Assembly: GCA_041402125.1 (NCBI GenBank)
Contig: JAWKSY010000011.1
Coordinates: 5,977 to 69,976, forward strand
DNA length: 64,000 bases
Source of the DNA: Planctomycetota bacterium
GTDB taxonomy: Bacteria; Planctomycetota; GCA-002687715; DRQF01
Direction of reading: 5' to 3'
Shown: in pieces, positions 1 through 10,131 of the stretch
How the letters are laid out: the number at the start of each line of letters is the position of its first letter
Numbering within the stretch: the stretch's first letter is position 1
Program-made: the position numbers and the translations under genes
Notes under the pieces: model-generated
The model's database searches: none
What the model was told of the DNA's origin: nothing
The model's input: only the letters and a program-made list of their open reading frames with translations

Positions 1-30
1 CCTCGACGCGCCCCCGGGGGTGATTCGATT

Positions 31-795
31 CTATCCGATCTTCAGCCCGTCGAGGGCCGTGAGTGCCTCGTCGACGGGACGGCGACGTCCCACGTCGTCT
101 GCGCGCCAGATCCCGCGCACGCGCCCCTCGCCGTCCAGGATGACCTGGGTCGGGGCGTAGACCGCGTGCTCGACGGGGCTCAGCGGAGAGGGATCGATCA
201 GGCCGAGCGCCCGTCCCAGCGAGGCGTCGGCGTCGGAGACGACGTCGAGCCGCGGGAAGGCCAGGGCCGTGCGCCGCGCGTCCTCCGCGCCGTCGGTGGA
301 AACCACGACGACCCGGACCCCGCGGCTCTCGAAGTCGTCCGCCCGTTCCGCGAGCTCACCGAGCTCGGTGCGACAAAACGTTCACCACCAGCCGCGGTAG
401 AAGACGAGCAGTCGCGACTGCCCGTCGGCGACGGTGCTCGAGTCGAAGGACGCCCCGGAGGCGTCTCGCGCGGCGAAGGCGGGCGGCCGCTCCCCGATCC
501 TCATCGGCCCCTCGTAGGGTCGGAGCCGCAGGCCGAACGCGAAGACGAGCGTCAGGACCGCCCCGGCCAGGGCGAGCACCAAGGCCAGCCCCCGCACGAG
601 GTTCCGGCGACGCAGGAAGCCCATCAGCGCCAGCGTCGCGCCGGGCACCGCGAGGAGCGGCAGGTGCCGGGCCGACGCGAGGTGACCGGTGCCCGTCCAG
701 GTCAGGTAGCCCGCGAGAGGCAGCACGGCGAGGGTCAGTCCGACCGGAGTGAAGAGGCGCTGGTTCATGGAGGTCTCGACGAGGGGGCCCGTCAT
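31..795 (-). CDS. Membrane-anchored AhpC/TSA-type redoxin (peroxiredoxin-like). Candidate selenoprotein, with the in-frame TGA at 382-384 read as Sec.
   Basis: Track ORFs 382..795 and 31..306 are in the same phase and are separated only by TGA plus 25 sense codons. The joined product has about 3 TM helices followed by ...LLVFYRGWW-U-TFCRTELGELAERADDFESRGVRVVVVSTDG... This is the FYRG-W-C-x-x-C...S-x-D redoxin signature with U at the first Cys. A SECIS-like hairpin follows. Confidence 0.6.
349..372 (-). promoter_or_regulatory. SECIS-like hairpin downstream of the UGA at 382-384
   Basis: The minus-strand RNA reads CGC(ACC)GAGCUC-GGU-GAGCUC-GCG. It has a perfect 6-bp stem, a 3-bp lower stem across a 3-nt bulge, and a GGU apical loop. 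It starts 9 nt after the UGA. No covariance model was run. Confidence 0.4.
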
Positions 796-854
796 GTTAC
801 CAGAGCCGCCCTCGGCTCACTCGCTGCTATACTGGGACGTCGCCGAGAAGGACC

Positions 855-1712
855 ATGACCGAACACCTCGACCTCACGAAGATCCCGGAGGCGCATCTCG
901 CCGCCTTCTACGGCCTGCTGTTCTCGATGGCCGCCGCCGACGGATCCTTCGGCACCGAGGAGGTCCGGCTCATCCACCGCTCGCTCGACCTGGCCCCCCT
1001 CGGCCCGGCCTCCCGGGAGCGCGTGCGGACCTACATGACGCATCCGCCCTCCTTCCGCGGATTGCTCGCCGAGCTCGCCGAGGGAACGGAGGAGCTGCGC
1101 TGGGGCGTCTTCACCGCCCTCTACGACCTCGCGCTCGCCGATCACCGGCTCGAGGAAGGCGAGCGGCGCGCCCTCCGGCTGGCCGGAGAGATGCTCGCGC
1201 TCGAGGCCTCGCTCGCGCCCGTCGTCGAACGCTACGTCGACGCCGTCCGGCACGCGGCCCGCAGTCCCGACGGATCCGAGGCCATCATCACCGAGCTCCG
1301 CCGCGCCGCGGCCGACTGGACCGGAGCGGGCCTGCCCGTCGCCTCGGCCTACTTCGCGGGAAGCGTGCAGGAGATGATCGCGACCGAGCGCGACGCCTAC
1401 CTGGGCGCGCTGGGGCTCGGGCTCGGTTTCGTCCCGGGCGTCGGCGTCGCGGTCGCGATCGGCGACACGACCCGCGTCTCGGTGACGCGACTCATCGACA
1501 CGGGAGATATCCCGCTCGATCTCGAGCCCGCCGAGGGCCGCCGACATCGCGCGCTCGAGGGCCTCGCCCGGCTGCGCGTCGAGGCGAACCGGCTCGCCGA
1601 ACGCGCCGAGCGCGCCCGCCGGGACGGCGAACCGGTGGCCGAGGACATCGGAGAGCGACTCGAAGGCCTGCGCGCCCTCATGGCCACCCGTCGCTCCGCG
1701 CTCGAGGACTGA
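855..1712 (+). CDS. Hypothetical protein with a TerB-like N-terminal helical domain
   Basis: The ATG has GAGAAGGA just upstream. AAFYGLLFSMAAADGSFGTEEV and ALYDLALADHRLEEGERRAL resemble TerB/DjlA-N type repeats. There is a Gly-rich hydrophobic segment and a coiled-coil-like tail. GC3 is high. Confidence 0.45.
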   Translation: MTEHLDLTKIPEAHLAAFYGLLFSMAAADGSFGTEEVRLIHRSLDLAPLGPASRERVRTYMTHPPSFRGLLAELAEGTEELRWGVFTALYDLALADHRLEEGERRALRLAGEMLALEASLAPVVERYVDAVRHAARSPDGSEAIITELRRAAADWTGAGLPVASAYFAGSVQEMIATERDAYLGALGLGLGFVPGVGVAVAIGDTTRVSVTRLIDTGDIPLDLEPAEGRRHRALEGLARLRVEANRLAERAERARRDGEPVAEDIGERLEGLRALMATRRSALED

Positions 1713-1994
1713 GAGTCCGCGAAGACATCCCCGCTGGCTTCGACCGGCTGCAACGGCGACGGCCTTCGTCGTGCCTCCTCGCCGTATCTTTCCATTGATA
1801 TGCCTCGTCGGCCCTCCTCGCCCGACGCCGTTTCGCGCGGTCTCGGGCCGACGCGGGGATGACTTCCCGGACTCTGGGGTCCGCGAAGACATCCCCGATT
1901 TGAAGCGACGCCCGCGAAGCGCGAGACTCGGAGCGGACGATCGCGACCTCGGGGGGCCACCCCGACGCGGTCGCCGGTCCCCGCGAGACCCGAG

Positions 1995-2855
1995 ATGACG
2001 CGCCGCCCCGACCTCCTGCGCCGGATCAACCTCGCCGTCTGGATCCTCGTCGCCGTCCTCGTGGTCGGCGTGGTGATCACGCTCTTCTACTACGAGAAGA
2101 TCGCCCTCCACTTCTTCGGACCGCCCGCGGTCGAGATGGAGGAGCGCTACGCGGGGAGCGGCGACGGCGCGACGACCTTCGATCACGGGGCCTGGACGGC
2201 CCTGCTCGCGGCCCACGTCGACGAGGAGGGACGCTGGGACTACCCCGGCCTCCGGGCCGACCGCCGCGCCCTCGCCGCCTACCTCGACGCGGTCGCGGCC
2301 GCCCCCTTCGCGGCGCTCTCGCGCGACGGGAAGCTGGCGCTCCTCCTGAACCTCCACAACGCGGCGACCGCCCGGCTCGTCATCGAGCACTCCCCCGAGA
2401 GCTCGATCCGCGAGATCCCGGAGGCCGATCGCTGGCAGGCGGCGCGCTGGCGCGTCGCCGGCGAGACCCTGAGCCTCGATCAGATCGAGAACGACTGGCT
2501 GCGCGCGCGCTTCGTCGAGCCGCGCATCCACTTCGCGCTGGTGACGGCCAGCCTCGGCGGTCCGCCGTCCCGCCGCGAGGCCTACGTCGCGGAGCGGCTC
2601 GAGGAGCAGCTCCAGGCCCAGGCTCTCCGGTTCCACTCCCTGCCCCGCGGCCTCGTCATCGACCCGGAGAAGCGACGGGTCTCGCTGAGCCGCATCTACC
2701 AGTGGTTCGACGGCGACTTCCGCCAGGTCGAGGGCGACCCCCGCCGCTACGCCGCGCGCTTCGACGCGACGCTCGCCGGCATCATGGACGGGAACGAGAC
2801 CTGGAGCTTCGGCTGGCTCGACTACGACTGGGACCTCGACGCCCGCGCGGACTGA
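1995..2855 (+). CDS. DUF547 domain protein with an N-terminal TM anchor
   Basis: Motifs LLNLHNAATARLVIEH, RARFVEPRIHFALVTASLGGPP and SRIYQWF are typical of DUF547. The ORF is clean and starts at an ATG. Confidence 0.7.
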   Translation: MTRRPDLLRRINLAVWILVAVLVVGVVITLFYYEKIALHFFGPPAVEMEERYAGSGDGATTFDHGAWTALLAAHVDEEGRWDYPGLRADRRALAAYLDAVAAAPFAALSRDGKLALLLNLHNAATARLVIEHSPESSIREIPEADRWQAARWRVAGETLSLDQIENDWLRARFVEPRIHFALVTASLGGPPSRREAYVAERLEEQLQAQALRFHSLPRGLVIDPEKRRVSLSRIYQWFDGDFRQVEGDPRRYAARFDATLAGIMDGNETWSFGWLDYDWDLDARAD

Positions 2856-2856
2856 C

Positions 2857-4762
2857 TCAGGGCGCGAGGCGACGCATGAGCCACTCCAGCGGCCCGACCC
2901 GGAACAGTCGACACCAGTAGGCCGCGCCGCTGATCGCCACCCACACGCAGGTGCCCACCGCGAAGGCGATGAAGCGCAGATCCTCGCCCGACCCCTTCCC
3001 GATCGCGCGCAGGAGCCAGATCCCCAGCAGGATGTGCGCGAGATAGAGCGTCAGCGCCGTCCGACCGGCCGCGGCGAGGGGCGCGATCGCGGGGGCGAGG
3101 ATCCTCGCGCGGGCCAGCAGCAGGCAACCGCCGAGGACGACGCCGGAGAGTCCGAGCGCGGCGAGCACGTAGAACGGACTGGGGTTCGGCCAGGAGGTCG
3201 CGTGGGCCTGGTCGAGCAGCCGGAGATCGCGACGGTCGAGCGCCCGCGCCGCCGCGAGGTCGACGACGGCCTCGTCCCGCCCGAGCAGGTCCTCGCGCCC
3301 CGCCTCGTCGCGGGTCGGGACCCGGCGCCGCAGGACGAGACGCTCCAGCGCGCCCGGCCAGTCCGGACTCGATCCGAAGAGGGAGGCGTCCTCCGCCCCG
3401 CCGAAGGGAGGACCGGCGCGATCACCCATCCAGGCCGCGAGACCGGAGGCGAGGGAGCGGAAGCGCTCCTCGGAGCCGGGAGCGAGCTCCGAGGCCGGGT
3501 CCTCGGCGACCGCGAGCACGATCGCGACGCCCTCGCCGTCCTCGCGCGGCACGACGCCGAGGTCCATCTCGGCCCAGGCGTGGCGCTCGCGGGTGGCCGC
3601 GAGGTAGCGGCGCAGTCGGCGCGCGTCGACGATCGCCGCCTCGTGTCGCTCGCGATCGACGCGGACGTCGATGTCGAGCCCGATCCGGTCCGAGGCGCGC
3701 CGCGGCCGGCCCTCGGCGTCCACGACCGGGCCCGCGAAGGTCCGGACCCCGGGCGCCAGATCCGTGCATGCACGGGGAAGCTCGCGGCGAGGCGCTCCGA
3801 CTCCGAGCGTTCGAGACCGGTCCGGGCGAGTCGCGCCGCGCCCTCCCCCGCCGCCGCGAGGACCGCCCCGACCAGGACGAGGAGGAGCGCCGTGCGCCGC
3901 CGCCCGAGATCGAGGCGCGGCAGCGCGAGCCCGACGAGGAAGAAGGCCGCCCAGGGCAGGAGCGGGTGCCAGCCGTTGAAGACGAGGTTGCGCCACTGCC
4001 CCCGCGGCTCCCAGAAGCGCGGGTACTCGTAGACGAGCATCGCCCAGTCCGCGCGGAAGTCCTCGAGGTACTGCCAGACCGCGGCGCCCGCCACCGCGGC
4101 GCCCGCGAGCCCGAGGAGCAGCCAGACGGGTCGACCGGCGAGCAACGCGCCGAGGACGAGCAGGACGCCGTAGTAGTGCAGGATGTCGGGGTTCCAGAGG
4201 GGGAACCACGCGTAGCCGAGCCCGAGCAGGAAGATCCCCCGGAAGACGAGCCCGCGTCGCGCGCCGGTCGGCGCGAGCGCGGCCCACCCCGGCAGGGCGA
4301 GGAGACCGACCCCGGCCGCGACGAGGACGGGAAGGTGACCGGCGTCGCGGATCGAGTCCCCGAAGGCGCGCCACCGGTCGAGCACCGACTCTCCCTCGTG
4401 CCCCTTTCCGGCCACGGTCTCGGACCAGGCGTGGAACGCCGCCGCCGCCCCGAAGCCGGCGGAGAGCAGCGCGAGGAGGGCGCCCCGCCCGGCGGCGCGG
4501 AGCCGGGAGGCGGCCGGCCGCCCCGCGCGGGCCGCGAGGAAGAGCGCCGAGCCGACGCCGGCCAGGAGAACGAAGAGCGCGGCCGCCCGTCCGGTCAGGG
4601 CGTCGAAGGCCGTCCGCAGCCAGCCCGGGTCGACCTGCGACAGGGTCGGATCGAGCACCACGCGGTAGTTGACGGCGACCATTCCGGCGAAGGCGATCGC
4701 CCGGGCCAGGTCGATGCCGACGAGCCGCGTCGTCCCCGCGACGGCCGGTTCCTCCGGCCGGC

Positions 4763-4766
<4 letters not shown>
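2857..4766 (-). pseudogene. DUF418/DUF1624-type (YeiB/HGSNAT-like) polytopic membrane protein, interrupted by a -1 frame change near 3760-3781 (true pseudogene or 1-nt assembly deletion)
   Basis: The N-terminal part (RLVGIDLARAIAFAGMVAVNY..., many TM helices) is in the phase of track ORF 3051..5063. The C-terminal part (...TALTLYLAHILLG...RVGPLEWLMRRL) is in the phase of ORF 2857..4374. Each phase becomes R/S/P-rich junk beyond the junction. The total length is 3n+2. The GTG start overlaps the cobB stop (GTGA). Confidence 0.55.
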
Positions 4767-5533
<767 letters not shown>

Positions 5534-5733
5534 TCCCGCTCCTTCTCGCGATCCCGCCGGGACTCGCCTCGCCCGCCAACGTAAGCATTGCGTAAACTCG
5601 CGCGCGACGACTTTCGCGACCGCGGCGCGAAACGCAGGTTTCGGGTCCGGGCCGTCCGCCGGACGCCCCCGAGATCCGAGGACCGGGAATCCGCGGCGTG
5701 CGCCGGAGGGTTCCCAGCTTGGCCCGAAAGAAG

Positions 5734-8571
5734 ATGCGCGCCAATTCGCCGGACGAGATTCCCTTTTTCGGGCGGGATCCCTCCTGGATCGCCTTCAACG
5801 AGCGCGTGGTCTCGCTCGCCGAGGACCCCGCCACGCCCCTGTTCGAACGGCTCCGCTTCCTCTCCATCAGCGGATCGAACCTCGACGAGTTCTTCATGAA
5901 GCGCGTCGCGCGCATGAAGCGACGCCTCGAGATGGGCGTCGAGTTCCTCTCGCACGACGGGATGACGGTCCGGGAGCAGAGCGCGGACGCGCGGCGGCGG
6001 GTCATGGCCCTCCAGGAGCGTCAGGCGCAGTGCTGGGAGGACCAGCTCATCCCCGCCCTCGCGGACCAGGGCATCGAGATCACCGCCTACCGCGACCTCT
6101 CGCGCTCGCGCCGCGCCGCGCTCGACTCCTGGTTCCAGGCGAACGTCTACCCCATCCTGACGCCGCTCGCCGTCGACCAGGGGCAGCGTTTCCCCTTCAT
6201 CTCGAACCTCTCCAAGAACATCGGCGTCCTCGTCTCCCAGCCCCGGGACCGGGTGCGGCTCTTCGCCCGCCTGAAGATCCCGCCGAGCCTGCCCTCCTTC
6301 GTCCCCGTGACCGAGCGCAAGCCTCGGGTGGCGGCCGGGCTCGGACGGCGCCGGCTCCGCTTCGTCCCGCTGCTCGACGTGATCGAGGCGAACCTCGGCC
6401 TCGTCTTCCCCGGGATGCGCGTCGCCGAGCTCTCCCGCTTCCGCATCACGCGGCGGACGGGCGTCGAGCTCGAGGAGGAGGAGGGATCGGGCGACATCCT
6501 CGAGAGCGTCGAGGCCTTCGTCCAGCGTCGTCGCTTCGCCGAGCCGGTCCGGCTCGAGGTCCGCCCCGGCGCCTCCGAGAAGATCGTCGAGCTCCTCCGC
6601 GACGAGCTCGAACTCGAGCCCGGCGACGTCTACGAACGCCCCGGAATCCTCGACTACTCGGACCTGAAGTCGCTGCTGAAGATCGAGGCCCCGGAGCTCG
6701 AGTATCCGGCCTGGCGCCCGGTCGTGCCGCCCCGCCTCGCGACGCGGGAGCGCGATCTCTTCGCGGTGATCCGCGAGCGCGACCTCTTCGTCCATCACCC
6801 CTACGAGTCCTTCCACCACAGCGTGGAGAACTTCATCGCCACCGCGGCGCGCGATCCGAACGTGCTCGCGATCAAGCAGACGGTCTACCGGACGACCGAG
6901 GACTCGCCCTTCATCCAGAGCCTCATCCACGCGGCGCAGGAGGGCAAGCAGGTCGCCTGCCTCGTCGAGCTGCGGGCGCGCTTCGACGAGGACCGGAACC
7001 TCCAGCTCGTCCGCCGCCTGGAGCGACACGGCGTGCACGTCACCTACGGCGTGATCGGGCTGAAGACGCACTGCAAGCTGGCGCTCGTCGTGCGCCGCGA
7101 GGGCGATCAGCTCCAGAGCTACGTCCACATCGGCACCGGCAACTACCACTCGGTGACGGCGAACCTCTACACGGACTGCGGACTGTTCACCTGCGACCCG
7201 GACATCACCGAGGACGCGACGCACGTCTTCAACTTCCTGACCGGACGCTCGCTCCATCACCACTACGAGCGCCTGCTCGTCGCGCCGGTGACGATGCGCG
7301 ACCGCTTCCTCGCGCTGATCGACCACGAGATCGCGGCGGTCCGCCGGGGCCGTCCCGCCCGCATCCTCGCGAAGATGAACCAGCTCGAGGACCGGAGCAT
7401 CATCACGAAGCTCTACGAGGCCTCGCAGGCCGGCGTCCCGATCACGCTCCTCATCCGCGGCTTCTGCTGCCTCCGGCCCGGCGTCCCGGGACTCTCCGAG
7501 AACATCCGCGTGATCTCGGTCCTCGGCCGCTTCCTCGAGCACTCCCGCATCTTCCACTTCGCGGCCGGCGAGGCCGACCCGGTCGACGGCGAGTGGTACA
7601 TCGGTTCGGCCGACTGGATGCGCCGCAACCTCGACGGCCGCGTCGAGACGATGACGCCGGTGAACGACCAGGAGGCGCGCCGCCGGCTGGTGCGCATCAT
7701 CGAGGCCTCGATGCGCGACCGGCGCCAGGCATGGGACCTCCTCGCCGACGGACGCTACGAGAGACGCCGTCCCGCCCCGAACGACGACCCGCACGAGCCG
7801 GAGATGCTCGGGACCTTCGAGACCCTCTGCCGCGACGCGCTCGCGGGGATCGCGCCGCGGGAGGCGAGCGACTTCTTCCTGCGTTCGGAGGCGCGCGGCC
7901 GCGACGGCCACGGCGTCCCGGACAGCCTCGAGACCGAGACGCGACGCTTCCTGCGGATGTTCGCCTCGCGCCCCTGGCTCACGGCCAAGGAGCTCTGCGC
8001 CGCGGCCGGACTTCGCGAGAAGCGCCTCGCCGCGGTGCGCAAGGAGCTCGTCCGCCTCAACCTCGCGGTCCCGTGCTCGGTGGGTCGGACCGCGCTCCTC
8101 GAACCGACCGGCGAGACCTTCGCGCGCGTCGAGGGGCAGCCCGAACGCATCGCGGGGCGCCTGCCCTTCGCGCGGCGCTGGCTCGCGGCGCGCATCCTCG
8201 CCGACCTCCCCAAGAGCGAGAGCGCCGAGGCGCAGCGCGAGGTCGAGGCGGGACTCACGACGGCCGACCTCATGGTCGGCAAGAAGGAGGCGAAGCGGCG
8301 CGCCTGGATGATCTTCGACGACCCCGAGACCGCGGCCGCGGAGCTGGCGCAGTTCGTGGTGTTGCCGGCCCGGCAACGCACCGTGGTGGCGCTCGACGCG
8401 GCGACGCACCGGGCGCTGCGCAAGGCGGTCGCGGCCCTTCCGGCCGAAACCCGCGCCCACATCACGGTGCGGACCTTCAGCCAGATGGTCGACGCGACGC
8501 GCTCGACGAAGGCCGCGCCGAAGAAGCAGCGCCGCGACAGCGACCGGAAGCGACGGGCCGGGGACTCCTGA
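5734..8571 (+). CDS. ppk: Polyphosphate kinase 1 with a C-terminal extension of about 250 aa
   Basis: FFGRDPSWIAFNERVVSLAEDPATPLFERLRFLSISGSNLDEFFMKRV and the following PPK1 domains, including two PLD-like HxK regions. An alternative GTG start lies at 5698. The extension begins after about ...LLADGRYERR. Confidence 0.9.
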   Translation: MRANSPDEIPFFGRDPSWIAFNERVVSLAEDPATPLFERLRFLSISGSNLDEFFMKRVARMKRRLEMGVEFLSHDGMTVREQSADARRRVMALQERQAQCWEDQLIPALADQGIEITAYRDLSRSRRAALDSWFQANVYPILTPLAVDQGQRFPFISNLSKNIGVLVSQPRDRVRLFARLKIPPSLPSFVPVTERKPRVAAGLGRRRLRFVPLLDVIEANLGLVFPGMRVAELSRFRITRRTGVELEEEEGSGDILESVEAFVQRRRFAEPVRLEVRPGASEKIVELLRDELELEPGDVYERPGILDYSDLKSLLKIEAPELEYPAWRPVVPPRLATRERDLFAVIRERDLFVHHPYESFHHSVENFIATAARDPNVLAIKQTVYRTTEDSPFIQSLIHAAQEGKQVACLVELRARFDEDRNLQLVRRLERHGVHVTYGVIGLKTHCKLALVVRREGDQLQSYVHIGTGNYHSVTANLYTDCGLFTCDPDITEDATHVFNFLTGRSLHHHYERLLVAPVTMRDRFLALIDHEIAAVRRGRPARILAKMNQLEDRSIITKLYEASQAGVPITLLIRGFCCLRPGVPGLSENIRVISVLGRFLEHSRIFHFAAGEADPVDGEWYIGSADWMRRNLDGRVETMTPVNDQEARRRLVRIIEASMRDRRQAWDLLADGRYERRRPAPNDDPHEPEMLGTFETLCRDALAGIAPREASDFFLRSEARGRDGHGVPDSLETETRRFLRMFASRPWLTAKELCAAAGLREKRLAAVRKELVRLNLAVPCSVGRTALLEPTGETFARVEGQPERIAGRLPFARRWLAARILADLPKSESAEAQREVEAGLTTADLMVGKKEAKRRAWMIFDDPETAAAELAQFVVLPARQRTVVALDAATHRALRKAVAALPAETRAHITVRTFSQMVDATRSTKAAPKKQRRDSDRKRRAGDS

Positions 8572-8589
8572 TCCCGGCCCGGAGGCCGC

Positions 8590-10122
8590 TCACTCCACGA
8601 CGACCTCGAGCCGGATCCCCGCCGCGTCGATCGCCTCCATCTCCTGCTCGAGATCGAGCCGCGTCAGGGGATGGGCGTCGAGCCAGGCCTCGCGGAAGAC
8701 GAGGACGAAGCCCTTCTTCGTCACCTCGACGCGCAGCGCCGAGAGATCGGCCGGGCGGCGGCTGCGATTGAGGACGATCGCGATGCGGAGGACCGCCGCC
8801 AGCCGCGGCGCCGCGGCCTTCCAGCGGGGCGCGAGGTCGCGGAAGGTGTCCGCCTTCACGTTCCGCCGCTGGTTGAGGAGGAGCGCCGCGAGGAGTTCCT
8901 GCTCGTCCCGGCTGAAGCCGGGCATGCGGGCATTGCCCACGATGTAGGCGCCGTGGCGGTGATAGCGGTCGTGGCTCAGGGCGAGGCCCACCTCGTGCAG
9001 CCGCGCGGCCCAGCGGAGCATCCGGCCGCAGGCGGGATCCTCGAGGTCCCAGCGGGCGGCCACGTGCTCGAGCAGCGCGGCCGCGGTCGCCTCGACGCGC
9101 GCCGCCTGGACGCCGTCGATCCCGAAGCGGGACTCGAAGTCGCGCACCGTGCGCTCGCGGATGTCGTGCTCGGCGATGCGGCCGATGAGGTCGTAGATCA
9201 CGCCCTCGCGGAGCGCGGTCGGCGAGACCTTCATCCGCTTGACCTTCAGGCTCTCGAAGACCGCGACGATGATCGCGAGCCCGCCGGCGAAGATCGCCGC
9301 GCGCTGGTCCTTCAGGCCCTTCAGCGCGATGTCGTCCACCGACTTCGCCTCGAGGAGCCGCGCGACGACCGCGTCCAGGGCGGCGCGATCGAAGCCGTCG
9401 TCCCAGGCGCCGTTCGCCCGCACGACGTCCTCGACCGAGCGGATCGTGCCCGAGGAGCCGATGGCCTCCGACCAGTCGCTGGATCGGATCGCGCGCGCCA
9501 CCTCGTGCAGCTCGCGCTCGGCCGCGAGGACCGCGCGATCGAAGCGCGCCCGATCCAGACGTCCGTCGGCGAAGAAGCGGCGCGACCAGCTGATGCAGCC
9601 CATCGGCACGCTGTGCGGGTCGATCGTCTCGAAACCCCGGCCGAGGATGCACTCCGTGCTCCCGCCGCCGATGTCGACGACGAGTCGTCCGCCCTCCCCG
9701 GGCGAGACGCCGTGGGCGACTCCGAGGTAGACGAGCCGCGCCTCCTCGTCGCCGGACACGATCTCGATCGGCAGCCCGAGTCGTCGCTCCGCCTCGGCCA
9801 CGAAGGAGCGATCGTCGCGGATGAGCCGGAGCGTGTTCGTCCCCACCGCCCGGGCGAGGAGGTCCTTGCGCGTCCCGAGTCGCTGCGCGAAGAGGTCGAG
9901 CGCGGCGAGAGCCCGCTCGCGGACGTCCCGATCGAGCCTGCGCTTGGCGTCGAGCCCGGCCGCGAGCTGGACCTGCTCGCGGATGCGGTCGACGACCTGG
10001 GGCACGCCGGCCCGCAGATGCGCGATCACCATGTGGAAGCTGTTCGAGCCGAGGTCGATCGCCGCCACGCGGGCCGGGGGCGCGGCGACGGCGGACTTCG
10101 GTTCGGAGGGGTCGTGCATCAT
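8590..10122 (-). CDS. ppx: Exopolyphosphatase (Ppx/GppA family)
   Basis: AAIDLGSNSFHMVIA, VDIGGGSTE and a C-terminal HD-like region (LHEVGLALSHDRYHRHGAYIV). Confidence 0.85.
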   Translation of the reverse strand: MMHDPSEPKSAVAAPPARVAAIDLGSNSFHMVIAHLRAGVPQVVDRIREQVQLAAGLDAKRRLDRDVRERALAALDLFAQRLGTRKDLLARAVGTNTLRLIRDDRSFVAEAERRLGLPIEIVSGDEEARLVYLGVAHGVSPGEGGRLVVDIGGGSTECILGRGFETIDPHSVPMGCISWSRRFFADGRLDRARFDRAVLAAERELHEVARAIRSSDWSEAIGSSGTIRSVEDVVRANGAWDDGFDRAALDAVVARLLEAKSVDDIALKGLKDQRAAIFAGGLAIIVAVFESLKVKRMKVSPTALREGVIYDLIGRIAEHDIRERTVRDFESRFGIDGVQAARVEATAAALLEHVAARWDLEDPACGRMLRWAARLHEVGLALSHDRYHRHGAYIVGNARMPGFSRDEQELLAALLLNQRRNVKADTFRDLAPRWKAAAPRLAAVLRIAIVLNRSRRPADLSALRVEVTKKGFVLVFREAWLDAHPLTRLDLEQEMEAIDAAGIRLEVVVE

Positions 10123-10131
10123 GCCGCGAGT

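Noticed and set aside
5579-5596. Pho-box-like direct repeat ACGTAAG-CATT-GCGTAAA (7+4+7) upstream of ppk
   Set aside because: It is only a 5-nt shared core (CGTAA). It does not match the known consensus, and nothing similar lies upstream of phnD. It cannot be distinguished from chance.
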